Shown in pieces: positions 59,099 to 64,000 of a DNA stretch of 64,000 bases. Source of the stretch: the human T2T-CHM13v2.0 reference genome, Homo sapiens. The translations under genes were made by a program, and so were the position numbers. Below the pieces are notes generated by a model. It was not told the origin of the DNA. It saw only the letters and a program-made list of their open reading frames with translations, and did no database searches. Each line of letters opens with the position of its first letter. Positions within the stretch are counted from its first letter, which is position 1. The DNA lies in the NCBI RefSeq assembly GCF_009914755.1, contig NC_060926.1; one strand, given 5' to 3'.

Positions 59099-59646
59099 TA
59101 TAAAACTAACATAAAATTTAGCAATCCACTTCTGGGTGTTTATTGAAAAGAATCGAAATCAGAATCTGGAAGAGATATCTACACTTCCCTGCTTATTGCA
59201 CCATTATTCATAATAGCTGAGATGTAAAAACAGCCTGAATGTCCATTGACAGACAAATAAACAAAATGAGGCATTAACGTACAGTAGAATACTGTTCAGC
59301 CTTCAACAAGAAGGACATTGAAATATGCATGGATGAATCTTGAGAACATTATGCTAAGTGAGATAAGCCAGTCATAGAAAAATAAGTACTGTATAATTCC
59401 ACTTAATATGAGGTGTCTAAAATAGTCAAATTTATTGAATCAAAGAGTGGAATGATGGTTGTTCAGGGCTGGAAACAGAGAAAAATGGAAATCATAAATC
59501 AACTGGCATAAAGTTTCAGTTAAGCAAAATGAGTAAATTCTAGAGCTCTGCTGTACAACATTGTGTTTGGAGAAAACAGTGTTGTATTATATACTTAAAA
59601 CATTGGCTAAGAAGGTAAATCTCATGTTAAGTGTTATCACAATAAA
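59099..59646 (+). mobile_element. L1MA9/10-like 3' end inserted in the host L1
   Basis: 'aaatcagaatctggaagagatatc', 'aggtaaatctcatgttaagtgttatcacaataaa'; flanked by a GTAGAA duplication that restores host 'atagatgtagaaaaagtatttg'. Confidence 0.8.
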
Positions 59647-60119
59647 GTAGAAAAAGTATTTGCTAAAAGTCAAAATCCATTCATGATAAAAACAGAAAAC
59701 TCAGAATAAAAGGGAACTTTTTCAATACGGAAAAGGAAATCTACAAAAACCCTACAACTACTATTATATTTAATGATAAAGTTTTTAGAAATTTTCCAAA
59801 AGATCAAAAATAAGGTGACAATATCTCCTTTCATACTTTGAATCAACATTGTAATGTACCTCCTGACAAGTTCAATAAGACAAAAAGATGTAAAAGGAAT
59901 AACTAGTGAAAATGAAGAAGTAAAGCTGCTATTATTTACAGATGGCACTATTGTGTATGTAGAAACCTATATGGAATCTAAAACCAAAGTGAAACAAACT
60001 TCTAAAACTAATAGGTACATTTATTAAGCATGGAAAATACAGTATTTCTATTTATTAGCAAGAAAAATAGAAGTCTCAGTAGAAAATTATTCCATTTAAA
60101 ATAGCATCAAAAGAAACTT

Positions 60120-62125
60120 ACACCCATCTCACACCTATTGGAGTGTCTACAATTAAAAAGAAGAATAAGATCTGTTAGTGAGAATGTGGAGAAATTGAAA
60201 CCCTTATGCACCGTTGATAGAAGTGTAAAATGGTAAAGCTAGTAGGGATCACTATGGTAGTTCCTCAAAAAATTGAAAATAGGATTACCATATCATCCCC
60301 CAATTCCACTTCTGGATATATAACCACAGGAATTGAAAGCAATGGCTCAAATAGATATTTATATACTCATGTTCATAGCAGCAGCATTCTTAATAGTCAA
60401 GGGATTGAAACAATCCAAATGTCTATCAACAAACACATAAACAAAATGTGCTATACACATAAAATGGACTATTGTTTGGTCTTAAAAAGAAGGTAATTCT
60501 GACACCTGCAGCAACATAGATAAACCCTGGGACATTATGTTAAGTAAAATAAGCCAGTCGAAAAAGAACAAATACTGTATGATTCTTCTTACATGAGCTT
60601 CCTAGAGTACTCAAATTCATAGAGACAGAAAGAAAATGATGGTTGCCAGAGGATGGGGGAAAGGGAAAATGGGGGAGTTATTTTTCTTTAATTATTTTTT
60701 AATGAGTACAGACTTTCAGTTTTGCAAGATGAAAAGAGTTCTGGAGATGGATGGTGATGATGGTTGTATAACAGTGTGAAAGTACTTAAAGACATTGAAC
60801 TGCACATTTAAAAATGTGTAAAATTTTTATACCAGTACCATGCTATTTTGGTTACTATAGCTTTGTAGTATAGTTTGAAGTCAGGTAATGTGACACCTCT
60901 AGCTTTGATCTTTTTGCTTTTGATTGCTTTGGCTATTTGAGCTCGTTTCTGGTTCCATCTAAGTTTTAGAATTATTTTTCTAATTCCATGAAAAATGACA
61001 TTGGTATTTTGATAAGGATTGCATTGAATCTGTAGGTTACTTTGGCTAATATGGTCATTTTAATAATATTATTTCTTCTGCTCTGTGAGTATGTTTTTTC
61101 ATTTGTTTGTGGCATCTAAAATTTCTTTCATCAGTGTTTTGTAATTTTCCTTGTAGAGATCTTTTATCTCCTTGGTTAAGTATATTCCAAGGTATTTTTT
61201 CTTGTAGCTATTGTAGATGAAATTGCCTTCTTGACTTGATTTTCAGCTTTGTCATTATTGGTATATAGAAATGTTACTGATTTTTGTACACTTATTTTAT
61301 ATCCTGAAACTTTATTGAATTCATTTATTAAATTCTATAGTTTTTTGGAGGAGTCTAGGATAATCTAGATATAAGATCTTATCATCAGCAAACAAATGCA
61401 GAGAAAAGAGAATGCTTATACACTGTTCTTGGGAATGTAAAGTAGTACAACTTCTATGGGAAATAGTAAAAAGATTTCTCAAAGAACTAAATATAGGATT
61501 ACTAGTCTATCCAGCAATTCCACTACTGGGTATCTACCCAAAGGAATATAAATCAATGTAACAAAAAGATACCTGCACTCATGTGTTTATTACAGCTTTA
61601 CTTACAAAAGCAAAAATATGGAATCAACATAAGTGTTCATAACAGATGACTGGATTTTTAAAGTGTTATGTGTGTGTGTGTATGTGTATATATTACACAC
61701 ATACACATATATACACACAATGGAATACTATTCAGCCATAACAGAGAGTGAAATTGTGTCTTTTGCAGCAATATGGATGGAAATGGAGGCCATTATTCTA
61801 AGTGAAATAACACAGAGAGTCGAATACCACACATCCTCACTTACAAATGGGAGCTAAATAATGTGTATACATGGACACAGAGAGTGGAATAATAGACACT
61901 GGAGACTCTAAAGGGTAGGAGGGTGAGAGGGGGGTGAGGGATGAGGAAGTACATAATGGGTACCTTGTACATTGTTCGGGTGATGGTTACACTAAAAGCC
62001 CAGACTTTGCCATTACACAACATACTAATGTAACAAACTGCACTTGTACCTCTTAAATTTATAAAGATAAAAAATGCTTAAGATGATAACTTGTTATTTT
62101 TATTTTACCACAATTAAAATAATAA
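60120..62125 (+). mobile_element. L1MB2/3-like 3' end split by a younger L1PB
   Basis: 'gagttctggagatggatggtgatgatggttg...cattgaactgcacatttaaaaatg'; resumes 'gatgataac...tattttaccacaattaaaa'. Confidence 0.8.
60825..62069 (+). mobile_element. 5'-inverted L1PB-like element (antisense ORF2 60825-61395, sense 3' end 61396-62069)
   Basis: Antisense 'ataccagtaccatgctattttgg...tcatcagcaaaca', then a sense 3' end to 'cttgtacctcttaaattta'; degenerate TSD at 60810-60824 and 62070-62084. Confidence 0.85.
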
Positions 62126-62301
62126 TAAAACTACCTAATGTACTTAATAAATTTAACAAAAGATATGTAAAAGCTCAATAATAGTAACTACAAAATACCA
62201 CTTGAGATAGAATAGATTCAAATAAAAAAGAGACATCCCACAGTCATGGACTAGAAAACTCAATTTTTTAAAAATATTCATTTTTTTAAGTTAATCTATG
62301 C

Positions 62302-62494
62302 TAGGGATTGGCAAACTATGGCTCACAGATCAAATTTAGTCTGCTTCCTGTTATTATATAACCTAGAAGCTAGTATTTTTTTACATTTTTAAATGGTTGA
62401 AAAGATAAAAAAACTAATAGAAACTGTATATGATCCATAAAACTTAAAACATTTACTACCATGTTCTCTTCAGAAAAAAAATTTGTCAATCCTT
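62302..62494. mobile_element. MER58-type hAT element
   Basis: 'agggattggcaaactatggctcacagatcaaatt...aaaacatttactac...aaaaatttgtcaatcc'. Confidence 0.8.
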
Positions 62495-62690
62495 TTCTGT
62501 ACTTAGAGTCTGAAACTCTAAGCAAACTCGTCAATATAAATTAGTAGTCTATAATTTACAAGAAAACTTTTTTTGTAGAAATTGAGTAGATTCTAAAAAA
62601 TATTTGGAAACAGAAAAGCCCCAGAATGCCCAAAACAATTTTTAAAAAGAAGATCAAAGGCTTCACTACTGTCTTTCCAAACTTACTGAA

Positions 62691-62978
62691 GGCTGGGTGC
62701 GGTGGCTCACACCTGTAATCCCAGCACTTTGAGAGACCGAGGTAGGGGGGGAATCACAAGGTCAGGAGTTTGAGACCAGCCTGGCCAACATGGTGAAACC
62801 CCGTCTCTACTAAAAATACAAAAAATTAGCTGGGCGTGGTGGCGCACACCTGTAATTCCAGCTACTCGGGAGGCTGAGGCAGAGAATTGCTTGAACCCAG
62901 AGGCAGAGGTTGCAGTGAGCAGAGATCACGCCACTGCACTCCAGCCTGGGTGACAGAGTGAGACTCCATCTCAAAAAA
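62691..62978 (+). mobile_element. Alu (AluSg-like)
   Basis: Full Alu with a short A tail; TSD approximately AAACTTACTGAA / AACCTTATTGAA. Confidence 0.95.
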
Positions 62979-64000
62979 ACCTTATTGAAAAGTTATAGTA
63001 ATGAAGACAATGTACTACATAAGGACAAAGAAATGGGCCATGGAATAGAACAGTGTATTTCTGAATACACGTGTTTCAGGTGTTTTTTTTTTAAGTGCTA
63101 AAATATCAATTGACATTATTTATTTCCTTGCTCTTACAATAGCAAAGTAATTCAATGGTAATGAGATAATCTCTTTTTAAAAAATGATGCTAGAACAACT
63201 AGATAAAAATATGTAAAAATAAGAACCTTTATTCTTGCATCACACCATACATAAAAATTAATTCAAAATGGATCATATACTAAAGTAGAATTAAAACTAT
63301 AAAGCTCATTTAAGAAAGCAGAATAATGTCTTCATGACCTTGATGTAAATAAAGATTGCCTAAAATGACTCAAAGTGTATTAACTGTAAATAAAAAATAA
63401 TAAATTGGAATTCAACAAAATTTAAAACTTCAACAAAATTAAAAACTTCTGCTTATTAAATACATGGTTCTGCAAGTGAAAAAGCAAGGCAAAGACTTAG
63501 AAAATATATTCATAATATATATCTGAAAAAAGAGACTTATGTTTGAAATAGAGAAATAATGTATAAAAATCAATAGTAAAAGGACAACCAATCTAATTTC
63601 AATATGAGCAAGAGATGTGAACACTTTACAAAGGAATACATAGGAATGGCCTTCAAAGTATGTGAAAAAGAACCTCAACATTGTTAGCCACCAGGGAAAT
63701 TCAAATTAGCACTACAGTGAAAAATCACTACAAAATAACTAAAATTAAAAAGCCTGCTAAAACCTAACATGGACAAGTACATGGGATAATTAGAACTATC
63801 ATAAATTGCTGGTGGTAGTATATAATGCTACAACCACTTTGGAAAAAACGTTGGCAGTTTGAGGCAATGTCAGCCATTACAGAAATCCTATTCTATGGCC
63901 CAACATTTCTACTTTTAGGTATTTACACAAGAGAAATAAAAATAAATGTTCACAAATAAATTGCCTCAGAATGTTTATTTTATGGCAGCTTCATTTACAG

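Larger units (their letters stand above)
57720..64000 (+). mobile_element. Old L1 (L1M/ME-like) ORF2 running off the window end, hosting several younger inserts
   Basis: EN 'ttaacatttatagaacattacac'; 'ataatcctgataccaaaacc'; RT 'ctattatttacagatggcactattgtgtatgtagaa'; late ORF2 'cacaccatacataaaaattaattcaaaatggatc'. Confidence 0.8.

Overview
This is AT-rich primate (human-like) genomic DNA, as shown by AluJ/S/Y, L1PA/PB/MA/MB/MC/ME, MaLR/ERV LTRs, HSMAR2, Tigger and MER5/3/58 elements. I can support no intact protein-coding gene; nearly all ORFs in the track are Alu, L1 or LTR read-throughs or chance frames. Both ends (1-7.4 kb, 39.5-52.3 kb, 57.7-64 kb) are stacks of nested L1s, including a near-full-length L1PA15/16-type element. 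The middle (11-39 kb) has more unique sequence with old MIR/L2/LTR pieces. The only host-gene-derived sequence I recognise is a decayed, intronless, 5'-truncated retrocopy of the C-terminal part of SLC6A14 (minus strand, ~20463-21020). I did not find a convincing new biological system. The most unusual signals are small templated or rearranged structures: a perfect 40-bp-arm palindrome (7669-7755), a 37-bp copy of sequence from 1.5 kb away inserted with a 10-bp duplication (21854-21910), an Alu-L1 fusion within one apparent target-site duplication (TSD) pair (2881-3742), a 68-bp micro-inversion at an L1 ORF2 start (45881-45948) and a twin-primed L1 (60810-62084). There is also a speculative plus-strand exon chain. 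Repeat subfamily names come from memory of consensus sequences, not a database search; boundaries without a TSD are approximate.
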